Shown here in pieces: positions 18,763 to 28,989 of a stretch of DNA of 64,000 nucleotides. The notes beneath the pieces are model-generated. The model ran no database searches. It was not told where the DNA came from and was given only the letters and a program-made list of their open reading frames with translations. Source of the stretch: Promethearchaeia archaeon (GTDB lineage: Archaea; Asgardarchaeota; Lokiarchaeia; Sigyniarchaeales; SOKP01); the NCBI GenBank assembly GCA_029856045.1, contig JAHQWG010000025.1, positions 94,904-158,903 on the forward strand, given 5' to 3'. Position 1 is the stretch's first letter. Each line of letters starts with the position of its first letter. A program made the position numbers and the translations under genes.

Positions 18763-20811
18763 ATGTTAAAATTAAAAGTAAAAAAAGTTGTAATGTTTAA
18801 ACATGGTGTTTCCTATTATATTCTCGGAGGAAATTTAAAGGGCTCTGGCAAATTTGAATTGGAATTTAAAACAGATGAGATGAATGATATATTAAAATCT
18901 CTGTTTGTATTAGATACCAGTCAAAAAGGATACATTTCTTCTATAAGTTTTGATGCAGCTTTAGAAACTTCACAATTACTAAGTCAAATTTCATTAAATG
19001 TCCCTGATGACGATTCTTTTTCTTCAGTTTTAACGCAGATTAAGGGAGCAAAGATAAATTTTACTATTGGAACTGCTAAAAAGATGAGCGGTACGGTTAT
19101 GGGCATTGAATATAGAGAAAAATTCATAAAAGAAGAGAAAATAGAAGAACCACTTTTAATCACTTTAAATGAGAATAACACAATCTCTAAAATCCCATTT
19201 TCCGAGATAAGCTCATTTGAAATATTAAATGAAGATCTCCAGAAAGATCTAAAGTTTTTTTTAGACACTGTAATTGCAGGAAAAAAGAAGGATACAAAAT
19301 ATATCGTTATTAATTGTGAATCTGGAGGGCAAGATGAAGTAAAGAGATCAATTGTTGTAAGCTATCTTCAAGAGAGTCCAATTTGGAAAACCACATATAG
19401 ATTAATTATGAGTAAAAAACAAGCTTTAGAAAAGAAATGCTTACTCTCAGGTTGGTGTATCGTGGAGAACGTTACAAACATGGACTGGGAGGAAATTGAA
19501 TTATCATTAGTTGCTGGAATGCCTGTATCATTCAAATATGATTTTTATCACCCAATTTTTATTCAGAGACCGGTAATTACTCCACCAAAAGTATTAAGTG
19601 CAAAACCTATTGAAATAGAAGAGGGCATGGAAATGGAGGAGTATGATAAATATAAAATGGAGGCAACATATGAGATAAAAGAAGCAGAAGCAGCTCCTCC
19701 TGCTCCAATGGCAATGGCAACAGCAGGAGCGAAAAAGTCAAGAAAAGCTGCGATTGGTGGAGGATTTGGTGCTATGGCTGATGAGGCGCTTCTAGATAAA
19801 GTTAGAACCCAAACATCTGTTCAAACAAAAGACCTGGGAGAGCTTTTTGAATACAATATATCAAAACCTGTATCTCTTAAAAGGAAGCATAGTGCCTTAG
19901 TACCAATTGTAAGTGAAGAAATAATAGCAAAAAAAATTCTACTTTACAATAAAAATGAAAATGATAAAAATCCAAATGCATGCCTTGAAATTACAAATAA
20001 TACAAATTTAACCCTGGAACGAGGACCTGTAACAATCATTTACGACAATAACCTCGCTGGGGAAGCAATTATTCCATTTTTGAACAAAACCGATACAAGA
20101 TTATTAAACTATGCAATCGAACAAGCTGTGCTTATTGATCACGAGCAGAAGTCAGAAAGTAAAAGAGTCCATAAAATTAGTTTCTCAGGACACTATTGTT
20201 ATGAATATTATTATACCAATCTAACTACAACATACAAAATTAAGAATAAAACTGATGAAGTGAAAGAATTATATCTTGATCATCCAAAACAATCAGGGTA
20301 TAAAATATTAGAAAGTCCTGAAGAGCCTGAAGAAACTCCAAATTATTGGCGTTTTAAATTGAATATAGAACCAAAGGATGCAGTTTCATTTACTATTAAA
20401 GAACAGAGAGAGAATTCTTCTAGTTATTATTTATGGAATTGGACCAAAGAAGATATCTTTAAACGAGTAGAATTTTATATTAAACAAAAGTTCATTAATG
20501 AGAAACTTGAAACCCAATTGATGGAGATAGCAGAATTGATTGGAAAGGTGAATGATTTAAAGAATAAAAAAGAAAACTTAATCAATGAAAAAGATCAAAT
20601 GGAAAATGAACAACAAAGAATTAGAGATAATATTTCAGTATTAGGGCAAACTTCTCAAGAAAACGTCTTGAAAGAAAAATATGTTAAAAAATTGACAGAC
20701 CAAGAGAACAAATTCGAAAAAATATCTTCCGAAATAAAAGCAATGGATAAAGAACTTGAAAGTTTAAATGAAACTATTTCTAAAAAAATGGATAAACTTA
20801 GAGTTAGTTAA
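18763..20811 (+). CDS. DUF4139-like protein with C-terminal coiled coil
   Basis: VMFKHGVSY, MNDILKSL, PIWKTTYRL, VENVTNMDW, GELFEY motifs recalled from this family. Confidence 0.7.
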   Translation: MLKLKVKKVVMFKHGVSYYILGGNLKGSGKFELEFKTDEMNDILKSLFVLDTSQKGYISSISFDAALETSQLLSQISLNVPDDDSFSSVLTQIKGAKINFTIGTAKKMSGTVMGIEYREKFIKEEKIEEPLLITLNENNTISKIPFSEISSFEILNEDLQKDLKFFLDTVIAGKKKDTKYIVINCESGGQDEVKRSIVVSYLQESPIWKTTYRLIMSKKQALEKKCLLSGWCIVENVTNMDWEEIELSLVAGMPVSFKYDFYHPIFIQRPVITPPKVLSAKPIEIEEGMEMEEYDKYKMEATYEIKEAEAAPPAPMAMATAGAKKSRKAAIGGGFGAMADEALLDKVRTQTSVQTKDLGELFEYNISKPVSLKRKHSALVPIVSEEIIAKKILLYNKNENDKNPNACLEITNNTNLTLERGPVTIIYDNNLAGEAIIPFLNKTDTRLLNYAIEQAVLIDHEQKSESKRVHKISFSGHYCYEYYYTNLTTTYKIKNKTDEVKELYLDHPKQSGYKILESPEEPEETPNYWRFKLNIEPKDAVSFTIKEQRENSSSYYLWNWTKEDIFKRVEFYIKQKFINEKLETQLMEIAELIGKVNDLKNKKENLINEKDQMENEQQRIRDNISVLGQTSQENVLKEKYVKKLTDQENKFEKISSEIKAMDKELESLNETISKKMDKLRVS

Positions 20812-21009
20812 AAAACAAAAAAAATCTCATAAAAAATATCCTTTTTCTTAATTTTTTTCTTTTAGAAAATTCTTTGAAATTAGATGAATGATAAAATACT
20901 TTAAAAATTAAAGAAATCTCTTATAAAATTTTTATACTATTTTTATAATATATCTTCATAGCAATTTTTTGAAAAAAAAATCTAATTATTATTATTTGGG
21001 TGAACAAAA

Positions 21010-23271
21010 ATATCAACTGAAACTAATAGTGAAATTAAAAAGATTAAGGCTGAAAAAAAGCTAAAGGAATCTAAAATAAAAAAGGAAAAAAAGAAATCTA
21101 AAATAAAAAGCGAGAAACAAAAAGAGAGAGAGGAAGTAGAAAAAAAAGAACATTCTTTAAGGGCCATTGCATTAGATACTGGCGGAACAATGAGTGATTC
21201 TTTTGTAATTGACGAAGAAGGAACATTTATAATAGGAAAGGCAATTACTACTCCAGAGGATGAGTCTGAAGGGATATTAAATTCAATTAAGGATGCTTTA
21301 GGTTATTGGGATACGACTTTAGAAGATTCAGGAGGATCTGTAGAAGCCTTAGTATATTCTGGAACAACAATGATAAATAGGCTTTTAGAGAGAAAGGGAA
21401 ACAGTAATATTGGAATTATAGTTAATGCAGGTTTTGAGGATCTCCCCAGATTAGGAAGAGCTCTTCAATGTTGGATATGGCTCGACTATGGAGGACGCCT
21501 CCATGCGAGGGAACACGAACACCCCAAACCACTAGTACCAAGGAAACAAATTAAAGGTGTCCGCGGACGAATCAATTTCTGGGGAGAGGAGCTGATTCCA
21601 CTTTATAAAGATGAAGTTAGAGTAGCCATAGAAGAATTACTCGAAATGGGGGTGGATAGTATTTGTGTTTGCCTACTTTGTTCCTACATGAATCCAGCTC
21701 ATGAAAAACGTGTGAAAAGGATTGCAGAACGGCTAATGAAGGAAAAAGATAAGAAGATTCCTATAATCTTATCATGCGAGCATAATCCTGTTAGAGGTGA
21801 AACTCCTAGACTAAATGCTCTTATCATTGAACAGTATGCTGCAGAACCATCAAGAAAATTGTTAGTAAAAATTGCCGAAACTTTTCAAGAGAAACAAGTT
21901 CCCGCGCCTCTTAGAATCTTAACAACTTATGGAGGTACAATCTCCCCATATCACAAACAACTCATTACAACCCTAGTATCCGGTCCTATTGGTGGAATGA
22001 TAGGATGCAAATTCATAGCCAAGGAATATGGAATAAAGAACTTAGTATCCTCAGATGTAGGGGGTACCAGTTTCGATGTAGGTCTTATAATGGAAAATTA
22101 CGTTCCTACCAAATGGGAGAGTTCTGTTGGAAAATTCATTTTAAACATACCCATGATAGGTTTAAACTCAATAGGTGCAGGTACTGGCATGTATGTGAGA
22201 TATAATAAAGTTTCAGGAAGATTAGAATTTGGACCTGAAAGTGCAGGATATCGTATCGGAGTATGTAATGAGCCATCTGGAGTTGAAACAGTCACAATGA
22301 CGGATTGTAGTTTAATTTTGGGATATCTCAATCCAGACTATTTTCTCGGAGGAAATATTCCATTAGACAAGAAGCGAGCATATAAATATATCAAAGAACA
22401 GTTGGCAGACCCTTTTGGTGTAGACCCAGAAAGAACTGCACGAGGTGCACTTGATTTAATAGAGATTAACATGAAAAATCATCTTAATGGAATGATTCAA
22501 GGTCTTGGTTTCAGACCAGAGAACTATACCCTCATCTCCTTCGGAGGGGCTGGGCCACTCCATGTGGCAGGATATGCTAGGGAGTTAAAGTTTCAAGATA
22601 TTATGATACCAGAATGGGCAGCTGCGTTCTCAGCGTATGGTTGTGCATGTGCCGAACATTCTTACAGACATGAAAAGTCTGTGGATTTATTGATACCTCC
22701 TGATGGGAGTATGAATGAAATTGTATCTATGATGCTCAACGCTACGTGGAGTGAATTAAAAAAGGATATAATAAAAGAGTTTGAAAAAGAGGATAGAGAT
22801 CCTAGTGAAATGGAATTTATTCCCTCAGTTCGAATACAATATTTTGGTATGTTTGATGATTTAGAAGTAACATCTACATCTGATAATCTTAAAGCCGAAG
22901 ATGTGTGGAAACTGGCAAGAAGTTATGATGATCTTTTCGATCAAATATTTCGAAGAGGTACAAAAAGTCCTAATCTTGGATATCATATAACCAAGGCGGT
23001 GGCAACAGGGATTATTCCAGTTCCTAAGCCCAAATTGCCGGATTATAAGTTGAGTGGGAAGGATCCGTACAAAGGAGCAAATAAAGGAAAGAGAAAAATA
23101 TTCTGGGAAGCTGATTGGCATAATGCTTCACTTTGGGAGATGAATTTACTTAATCCTGGAAATTTAATAGATGGTCCCGCAGTTATCGAGGCTCCGGCAA
23201 CCACTTTACTGGTTCCGCCGGGTTTTAAAGTTTTTCTTGATAAACATAGAATTTTTCATATGGAGGTGTAA
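21010..23271 (+). CDS. acxA: Acetone carboxylase beta subunit-like (hydantoinase A family); probable ATA start at 21010 (track ATG 21190)
   Basis: ALDTGGTMSDSF, GKAITTP, SGPIGG, DVGGTSFD, SFGGAGPLH, GPAVIE. Confidence 0.85.
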   Translation: MSTETNSEIKKIKAEKKLKESKIKKEKKKSKIKSEKQKEREEVEKKEHSLRAIALDTGGTMSDSFVIDEEGTFIIGKAITTPEDESEGILNSIKDALGYWDTTLEDSGGSVEALVYSGTTMINRLLERKGNSNIGIIVNAGFEDLPRLGRALQCWIWLDYGGRLHAREHEHPKPLVPRKQIKGVRGRINFWGEELIPLYKDEVRVAIEELLEMGVDSICVCLLCSYMNPAHEKRVKRIAERLMKEKDKKIPIILSCEHNPVRGETPRLNALIIEQYAAEPSRKLLVKIAETFQEKQVPAPLRILTTYGGTISPYHKQLITTLVSGPIGGMIGCKFIAKEYGIKNLVSSDVGGTSFDVGLIMENYVPTKWESSVGKFILNIPMIGLNSIGAGTGMYVRYNKVSGRLEFGPESAGYRIGVCNEPSGVETVTMTDCSLILGYLNPDYFLGGNIPLDKKRAYKYIKEQLADPFGVDPERTARGALDLIEINMKNHLNGMIQGLGFRPENYTLISFGGAGPLHVAGYARELKFQDIMIPEWAAAFSAYGCACAEHSYRHEKSVDLLIPPDGSMNEIVSMMLNATWSELKKDIIKEFEKEDRDPSEMEFIPSVRIQYFGMFDDLEVTSTSDNLKAEDVWKLARSYDDLFDQIFRRGTKSPNLGYHITKAVATGIIPVPKPKLPDYKLSGKDPYKGANKGKRKIFWEADWHNASLWEMNLLNPGNLIDGPAVIEAPATTLLVPPGFKVFLDKHRIFHMEV

Positions 23272-23275
23272 AGAA

Positions 23276-25492
23276 ATGAATAATAAACCAATTGGATGGA
23301 ATGGAAAAACACTTATGAAAATGCTTGAAGAAAGCGAGAAATATATAAAGGAAACAAAATCATATTATGGAATAGATAAACTAAAGTTAAAGGAAGAAGA
23401 CCCTTTTGAATATGAACGAGCATTTGCAAGTCTTAGAGGTGCATTAGTTTCTGCAAGAGAAACTGCATTACATGTTGCCGCTTCACCCATTGTTAAAGAG
23501 ATTGGTGAGCTCTGCTTTGCTTTATATACTCCAGAAGGTGATTCTATTGTTGTTTCAACTGGTATCTTGGTTCATGTCCACACAATGAGCGAAGCCGTAA
23601 AATTTATGGTAAAAGAGGATTATGAACAAGACCCCGGAATCAACCCAGGTGATATTTTTCTAAATAATGACCCCGAATGCGGAAATGTGCATACAACAGA
23701 TGTCCAGACTCTAATTCCGATATTCTGGAAGGAAGAATTGATTGGCTGGGCGGGAGGTGTAACTCATCAAATCGATTCTGGAGGTATTACTCCAGGTCAT
23801 GATTTAGTTGCAGCTATTCAACGTTTTGATGATGGGGTTTATTACACTTGTCGAAAGATCGGATCGAATGATAAAATATGGAAAGATCACATGATAAATG
23901 CTCGAAGATCAGTTAGAACTCCATTTTATTGGGAGTTGGACGAAAAATGTAGATTAGCGGGAGATTTAATGATTCGAGATGCGGTTCTAGAGTTTATAGA
24001 GAGAGAAGGAATTGAATACTATAAACAATTTATAAGAGAGGTAATAGAGGAGGGAAGAAGGATTTTTCAAGAACGTGTGAAAGAACGACTGATACCTGGG
24101 AGGTATAGAGCTGCAGCTTTCTTTGATATACCTATGAAGGAAGAAGCTTGGCAACCTAGGGCAAAAATAGATAAGGTCAGCAACCAACCATTAGAAATAA
24201 TAATTAAGAATGATGGAAAAATGTCACTTTCATTTGATGGAGCAAGTGGTCCTGGAGCAAATCCTATGAACTGTGCAAAAGGAGCAATGGAAGGAGGTCA
24301 ATGGGTTCTCTTAACGCAGGTTTTAATATATGGAGATAAAGTGAATGATGGGGCATATTTTGCTGTAGAGACAGATTACCCGCTAGGAACATGGTGTAAT
24401 CCAGGAGATTCTTCTTTATCATATCAGAGTCCTTGGGGTAATTTAATTCCTGCATATACGGGAATGATGAAGTGTCTATCTTATGGACTATTCTCGCGTG
24501 GATATAGAGAAGAAATCGTTCCAGGGTATGGGTTTACCGGAGATGCAATTCAAGGTGGAGGAATTTATTCTGCTGGGCCGCTTAAAGGGGAAAGGTGGTC
24601 ATTATCAACATTTGAGATTAGCGGTCAAGGCTTGGGAGCAAGTGGTGTTAGAGATGGACTGGATTGGGGATATGCAATGTGGAATCCAGAAGCTGACCTT
24701 GGAGATGTTGAAACATGGGAACTATTCCAAGGAGGAATTCCTTATTTATCAAGAAGAGTTAAACCAAATACTGCAGGTCATGGAAAATATCGAGGTGGAG
24801 CAAATTATGAAGGAGTGGCAATGATTGCAAATTCAAAAGAAGTGGACTTTTTTGGAGCTAGGGATGGTTATTGTTTTCATGGATCTGGTGGTATGCACGG
24901 GGGTTATCCTCATGCAACTGGATATCGACTTTATGCCAAAAAGACAAATATTCAGGAGATTATACAAAATCAAAAAGAATATCCATTAGGAGATCCAGAT
25001 CCTAGTAATGGTGAATTTGAGAAATTACTAGAGGGAGATATTGTGAGAAAGAAATACTGCACAATCTATCCTATCATCTTGGAGAATAACGATATTATTT
25101 ATTATGCATTAAGTGGAGGTCCAGGATACGGTGATCCTCTAGAGAGAAAGGTGGAGAGTGTAAAACAAGACCTTAATAATGGAATTTACACAAATGATTT
25201 AGTCTATAATATTTATGGTGTAGTAGCAGAATATGATGAAGAAATGGGAGAGTGGGTAATCGACAAAATGGGCACAGACATACGTCGAGAAGAAATTAGA
25301 GCGGAACGAAAAGATAAATCCTTGACATTTGATGATTATTGGGAACAAGAACGGTGGAAAATTACGGAAGATATGCTGAGTGAACCAGTAAAACTAATGT
25401 ATTCTGAAAGTTTAAATTTATCTCCAAAATGGGCAAAGGAATTCCTAGAATTTTGGAGATTACCCGAGGATTTCCAACTGGAGGTGAAATAA
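23276..25492 (+). CDS. acxB: Acetone carboxylase alpha subunit-like (hydantoinase B family)
   Basis: ASPIVKEIGELCF, STGILVHVHTM, NVHTTD, GGVTH, WNPEADLGD, GGPGYGDPLER; ATG 23276 follows GGAGGTG. Confidence 0.87.
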   Translation: MNNKPIGWNGKTLMKMLEESEKYIKETKSYYGIDKLKLKEEDPFEYERAFASLRGALVSARETALHVAASPIVKEIGELCFALYTPEGDSIVVSTGILVHVHTMSEAVKFMVKEDYEQDPGINPGDIFLNNDPECGNVHTTDVQTLIPIFWKEELIGWAGGVTHQIDSGGITPGHDLVAAIQRFDDGVYYTCRKIGSNDKIWKDHMINARRSVRTPFYWELDEKCRLAGDLMIRDAVLEFIEREGIEYYKQFIREVIEEGRRIFQERVKERLIPGRYRAAAFFDIPMKEEAWQPRAKIDKVSNQPLEIIIKNDGKMSLSFDGASGPGANPMNCAKGAMEGGQWVLLTQVLIYGDKVNDGAYFAVETDYPLGTWCNPGDSSLSYQSPWGNLIPAYTGMMKCLSYGLFSRGYREEIVPGYGFTGDAIQGGGIYSAGPLKGERWSLSTFEISGQGLGASGVRDGLDWGYAMWNPEADLGDVETWELFQGGIPYLSRRVKPNTAGHGKYRGGANYEGVAMIANSKEVDFFGARDGYCFHGSGGMHGGYPHATGYRLYAKKTNIQEIIQNQKEYPLGDPDPSNGEFEKLLEGDIVRKKYCTIYPIILENNDIIYYALSGGPGYGDPLERKVESVKQDLNNGIYTNDLVYNIYGVVAEYDEEMGEWVIDKMGTDIRREEIRAERKDKSLTFDDYWEQERWKITEDMLSEPVKLMYSESLNLSPKWAKEFLEFWRLPEDFQLEVK
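25480..25487 (+). promoter_or_regulatory. Shine-Dalgarno GGAGGTGA of the acxC-like gene
   Basis: GGAGGTGA then AATAAA then ATG at 25494. Confidence 0.8.
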
Positions 25493-25493
25493 A

Positions 25494-25988
25494 ATGGTAA
25501 AATACGATAAAAAGACACTTGAAAGGATGATTAATGGAGATTTGACTTGGGAGGAATTAAAACCAATAATAAGTGGTACAAAGGATCCTGATAGATTTGA
25601 TAAAATTATTGAGATTTTACAAGAAAAAGTCTCTTGGGATGAGAAAATCATCTTACCAATTCATGAACATTTATATATCGTCTCAAAGGATGATAAAAGA
25701 ATAGTAAAATGTGATTGCGGATATGAGTATGGAGATTATAAAGAGAACTGGAAAAAGAAATGTAGAATAAATGTGAGAGATACAGCTGAAGAGCTTGAAG
25801 AATTTTATCCAAAATATATGGCTAGTGACCCAGATTGGATGGAACTTAGAGAATATTTCTGTCCTGGTTGTTTTACACTGCTAGATACGGAAGCTGTACC
25901 TCCAGGATATCCTACAATTTTTAATTTTCTGCCCGATATTGATGCATTCTACAAAGAGTGGCTTGGAAGAAAAGCTCCAGATAGATAG
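25494..25988 (+). CDS. acxC: Acetone carboxylase gamma subunit
   Basis: KDPDRF, HLYIV, CDCG and CPGC Zn pairs, ENWK, PGYP, FLPDIDAFYKEWLG. Confidence 0.9.
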   Translation: MVKYDKKTLERMINGDLTWEELKPIISGTKDPDRFDKIIEILQEKVSWDEKIILPIHEHLYIVSKDDKRIVKCDCGYEYGDYKENWKKKCRINVRDTAEELEEFYPKYMASDPDWMELREYFCPGCFTLLDTEAVPPGYPTIFNFLPDIDAFYKEWLGRKAPDR

Positions 25989-26145
25989 TAAGAGTTCCTA
26001 ATTGATAATTTAAAAATATGACACAATGAAATCAGTGTTAAATGAATAATTTTAACAAAATTTTTTCAAACCTTTTTTTTTTATTTCAATTTGATAAATT
26101 GAAAAAATAAAATAATAAATTTCATGGAAGTTGAATATTTTCATA

Positions 26146-27432
26146 ATGAGTGAAATAAACACCAATATAATTAAGAATATAAATAAGGACCAAATACTTA
26201 AGGACGCTTATGATTTAAGTTTTCCGCGTAGGATTGGGAGCGAAGGAAATCTAAAAGCAAGAGAGCTTTTAGTTTCAAAGATTACAGAACTAGAATATAA
26301 ACCACATTTTCAGAATTTTACGTATTCCTATTTATTTCGTTCATTTATTTTTAATATCATACGAATTATATACATTTTAGGAATTATGGGGCTGTTAATT
26401 TTGTATTTTCCTTTCACACAAGATAGAATCATCTGGATTTTAATTCCCGGAACATTAATTATTGTTTTATTAGTAATTGAATTTTCATATCACCAAGAAA
26501 TAAGTCAATTCGCTATAATGAATTGGGAGAAATTAAAACCTAAACAAAAAAAGCTAATTAGAAATGGAAAAAATATATTTGCAATTAAGTCAAATGAATC
26601 CAGATTAATTTTTTCTGATGAATTAAACGAATTTCAATTGAATTTAGAGAGAAAAAGCGAATATAAACGACATTTAATAATTTTAAGTGCTCATTATGAT
26701 TCAATAAACGTTTCATTTGGACCCTTTTTAATAATATTTACTTCAATTTTAAATACCATAGGCATATTGATAATTGGATTTTTTCCAATCGTGCTTTTGA
26801 TTCTGTCAGGGATCTGGTACTATATATTTACGGTAATTTATCTTATATTCTGCTCTTTGACTTTATTATCATCATTTATTAGACTGTTTAGAAAATTACA
26901 AAATTTTTCTGATGGAGCAATAGATAACGCAAGTGGAGTTTCTACGGTATTAGGTGTTGCTCGGGCTCTAAAAGAAATAGATTTACCAAATGTAGATATA
27001 ATATTTTCCTTTTGGGACGCTGAAGAGGAAGGACTTGTAGGAAGTTTATCATTTGTAGAAAAACACCTTCAAAAATTAATTAATTTATATGGTATTGAAA
27101 ATATTCATGTAATTTCGTATGATGGGTGCGGTTCAAAAGGTCAAATCAGTTTTGGAAGATCTTTTGGCTTTCCCAGGGTAATAAAACATGATAAGGGAAT
27201 AGTCAATAAATTAAAAGCAAGTGCGGAATCATTGGAGATACCTACAAAGACATCATGGTTCTACTATCCTCCGTCGGATCATGCTTGTTTTGGAATAAGA
27301 AATATAGACTCAGTCTGGTTTTATTCATTCGCCGCAGTATCAAATACTGTAAAAGATAAAAAAGAGTTATTAGTAGGAAAGACATTGGTAAATTCTGTTA
27401 AGATTACATTACAATATTTATCAAATTTTTAA
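26146..27432 (+). CDS. M28-family peptidase with inserted TM helices
   Basis: PRRIGS, SAHYDS, GAIDNASG, DAEEEG, SDH; two TM-pair insertions. Confidence 0.85.
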   Translation: MSEINTNIIKNINKDQILKDAYDLSFPRRIGSEGNLKARELLVSKITELEYKPHFQNFTYSYLFRSFIFNIIRIIYILGIMGLLILYFPFTQDRIIWILIPGTLIIVLLVIEFSYHQEISQFAIMNWEKLKPKQKKLIRNGKNIFAIKSNESRLIFSDELNEFQLNLERKSEYKRHLIILSAHYDSINVSFGPFLIIFTSILNTIGILIIGFFPIVLLILSGIWYYIFTVIYLIFCSLTLLSSFIRLFRKLQNFSDGAIDNASGVSTVLGVARALKEIDLPNVDIIFSFWDAEEEGLVGSLSFVEKHLQKLINLYGIENIHVISYDGCGSKGQISFGRSFGFPRVIKHDKGIVNKLKASAESLEIPTKTSWFYYPPSDHACFGIRNIDSVWFYSFAAVSNTVKDKKELLVGKTLVNSVKITLQYLSNF

Positions 27433-27536
27433 TGTATTATCAAATTTCCTATAATTTAAAATTGAGTGATTATCTTTAAAGTAATTATTTAAAAAAAAAA
27501 TTAGAGGAAATTAAAAAAATTCTATTCTATTTTAAA

Positions 27537-28790
27537 TTATAAGAGAGATCTAAACATTCTTCGGATTGAATTCTGCACAATAAGCATTTGTACATTCCTT
27601 GTACCTCCAATAACTTCCTCCACTTTTGAGGCATCTAATGCCTCATCTAGTAGAGTGTTATCAGTAAGAGAAATTCCACCCATATGATTTTGAATCTCGT
27701 AGCAAACCTCGTGAGAGAGTTTACATCCGTAATATTTAATTTGCGATGATAAAGAAGCCATCCATTTTTCGATTTCTTTGCTTGGTTTTTCAGCAAAAAG
27801 AATTTTATCATCATATATTGATGCAATTTGAAAAGCCATCATTGTGGCTGCTGTGACTTTAGTAAGTAAATCAGCAAGCGGAAATCCAATACCTTGATAT
27901 CCAATTATGTCTTTATTAAATTGCTTTCTCAAATTGGAATAAATAAGTCCATGAATAAGTCCATTCCAACAGATACCTAATGTACTTCCTACAATACTTA
28001 TCCTTTCGGGAATTAAACCGTCAAATAGATAATTATATCCCTTTCCATCATCTCCTAATATGTATGGATATGGAACCTTAACATCTTCAAGAATACTATG
28101 AGCTATATGCACTCTTGGAACGGCATTTATACGTAATCTTTCAGTTCTAATGCCAAATTCTTTTTTAAACATTGCTTGGACCATAGTACCCCTCGGATCT
28201 TTCATATTATACACCCCATATCCAACAAAGTAGTCAGCTTTAGGACCATTCGTAGTGAAAATCTTCTCTCCGTTAAATATAACCCCATCAGCAGCTTTCT
28301 CGCAAGTTGTTAGCAGATTAACTGCATCTGAACCTCTTTCTGGTTCCGTAATTAAAATACAACCAATGCCATTTCCCTCCATTAAATCTGCTTGAACTTT
28401 AGAGATCTCGCTTGTCTCGCCGTGCTGGAATGTTGGGTTCCCACAGAGTATTCCACTGGCTAAACGTGCAAGGTCCAGTTGTGGATCACAGATGCTTAAA
28501 ATTGTAGCTAATAAAACTTCATATTTCATTCCATAAGGGATAAAATCTTTATATTTATTCATTCGTTGGATAAAACCTCGTTCTCCAAGTTTTGGAAATA
28601 ATACATAGACATCTTTTTCTCTATCAATTGTAGGGGCTAATTCAAGGCAAAAATCTTCGACTTCTTTGACAAATGCCAGTTCTTCTTCGTTTAATAATGG
28701 AAAGATATTTTGATTCAAAATCTTATAAAAATTACCCAATTCCAATTTTTCTAAAATTTCATCCTTGATAATTTTTTCTTGTATTTTCAT
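27537..28790 (-). CDS. Acyl-CoA dehydrogenase
   Basis: ITEPERGSD, NGEKIFTTNG, RKQFNK, QNHMGGI, IGGTRNVQ. Confidence 0.92.
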   Translation of the reverse strand: MKIQEKIIKDEILEKLELGNFYKILNQNIFPLLNEEELAFVKEVEDFCLELAPTIDREKDVYVLFPKLGERGFIQRMNKYKDFIPYGMKYEVLLATILSICDPQLDLARLASGILCGNPTFQHGETSEISKVQADLMEGNGIGCILITEPERGSDAVNLLTTCEKAADGVIFNGEKIFTTNGPKADYFVGYGVYNMKDPRGTMVQAMFKKEFGIRTERLRINAVPRVHIAHSILEDVKVPYPYILGDDGKGYNYLFDGLIPERISIVGSTLGICWNGLIHGLIYSNLRKQFNKDIIGYQGIGFPLADLLTKVTAATMMAFQIASIYDDKILFAEKPSKEIEKWMASLSSQIKYYGCKLSHEVCYEIQNHMGGISLTDNTLLDEALDASKVEEVIGGTRNVQMLIVQNSIRRMFRSLL

Positions 28791-28989
28791 ATTTAATTCA
28801 GTTTAAATATTCATTTTAAAGTCTAATATCCATTAAAAACGAAACATATTTTATTAATTTATAACATAGTGAGTATCAAAATTTTAAATATAATAACTAA
28901 AATCTACAATTAATAAGAAATAATTTATAACTAAGAAATAAAATTATTATTTTAATAGAATTAAAAAAAAGGAACAAATCTATAGAAAA

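Noticed and set aside
20982-21167. 61-aa hydrophobic minus-strand ORF
   Set aside because: Antisense shadow of the A-rich Lys/Glu N-terminal extension of the acxA-like gene
23171-23275. ORF-track N-terminal extension of the acxB-like gene
   Set aside because: Overlaps the acxA-like 3' end by 100 bp; ATG 23276 has a strong GGAGGTG SD
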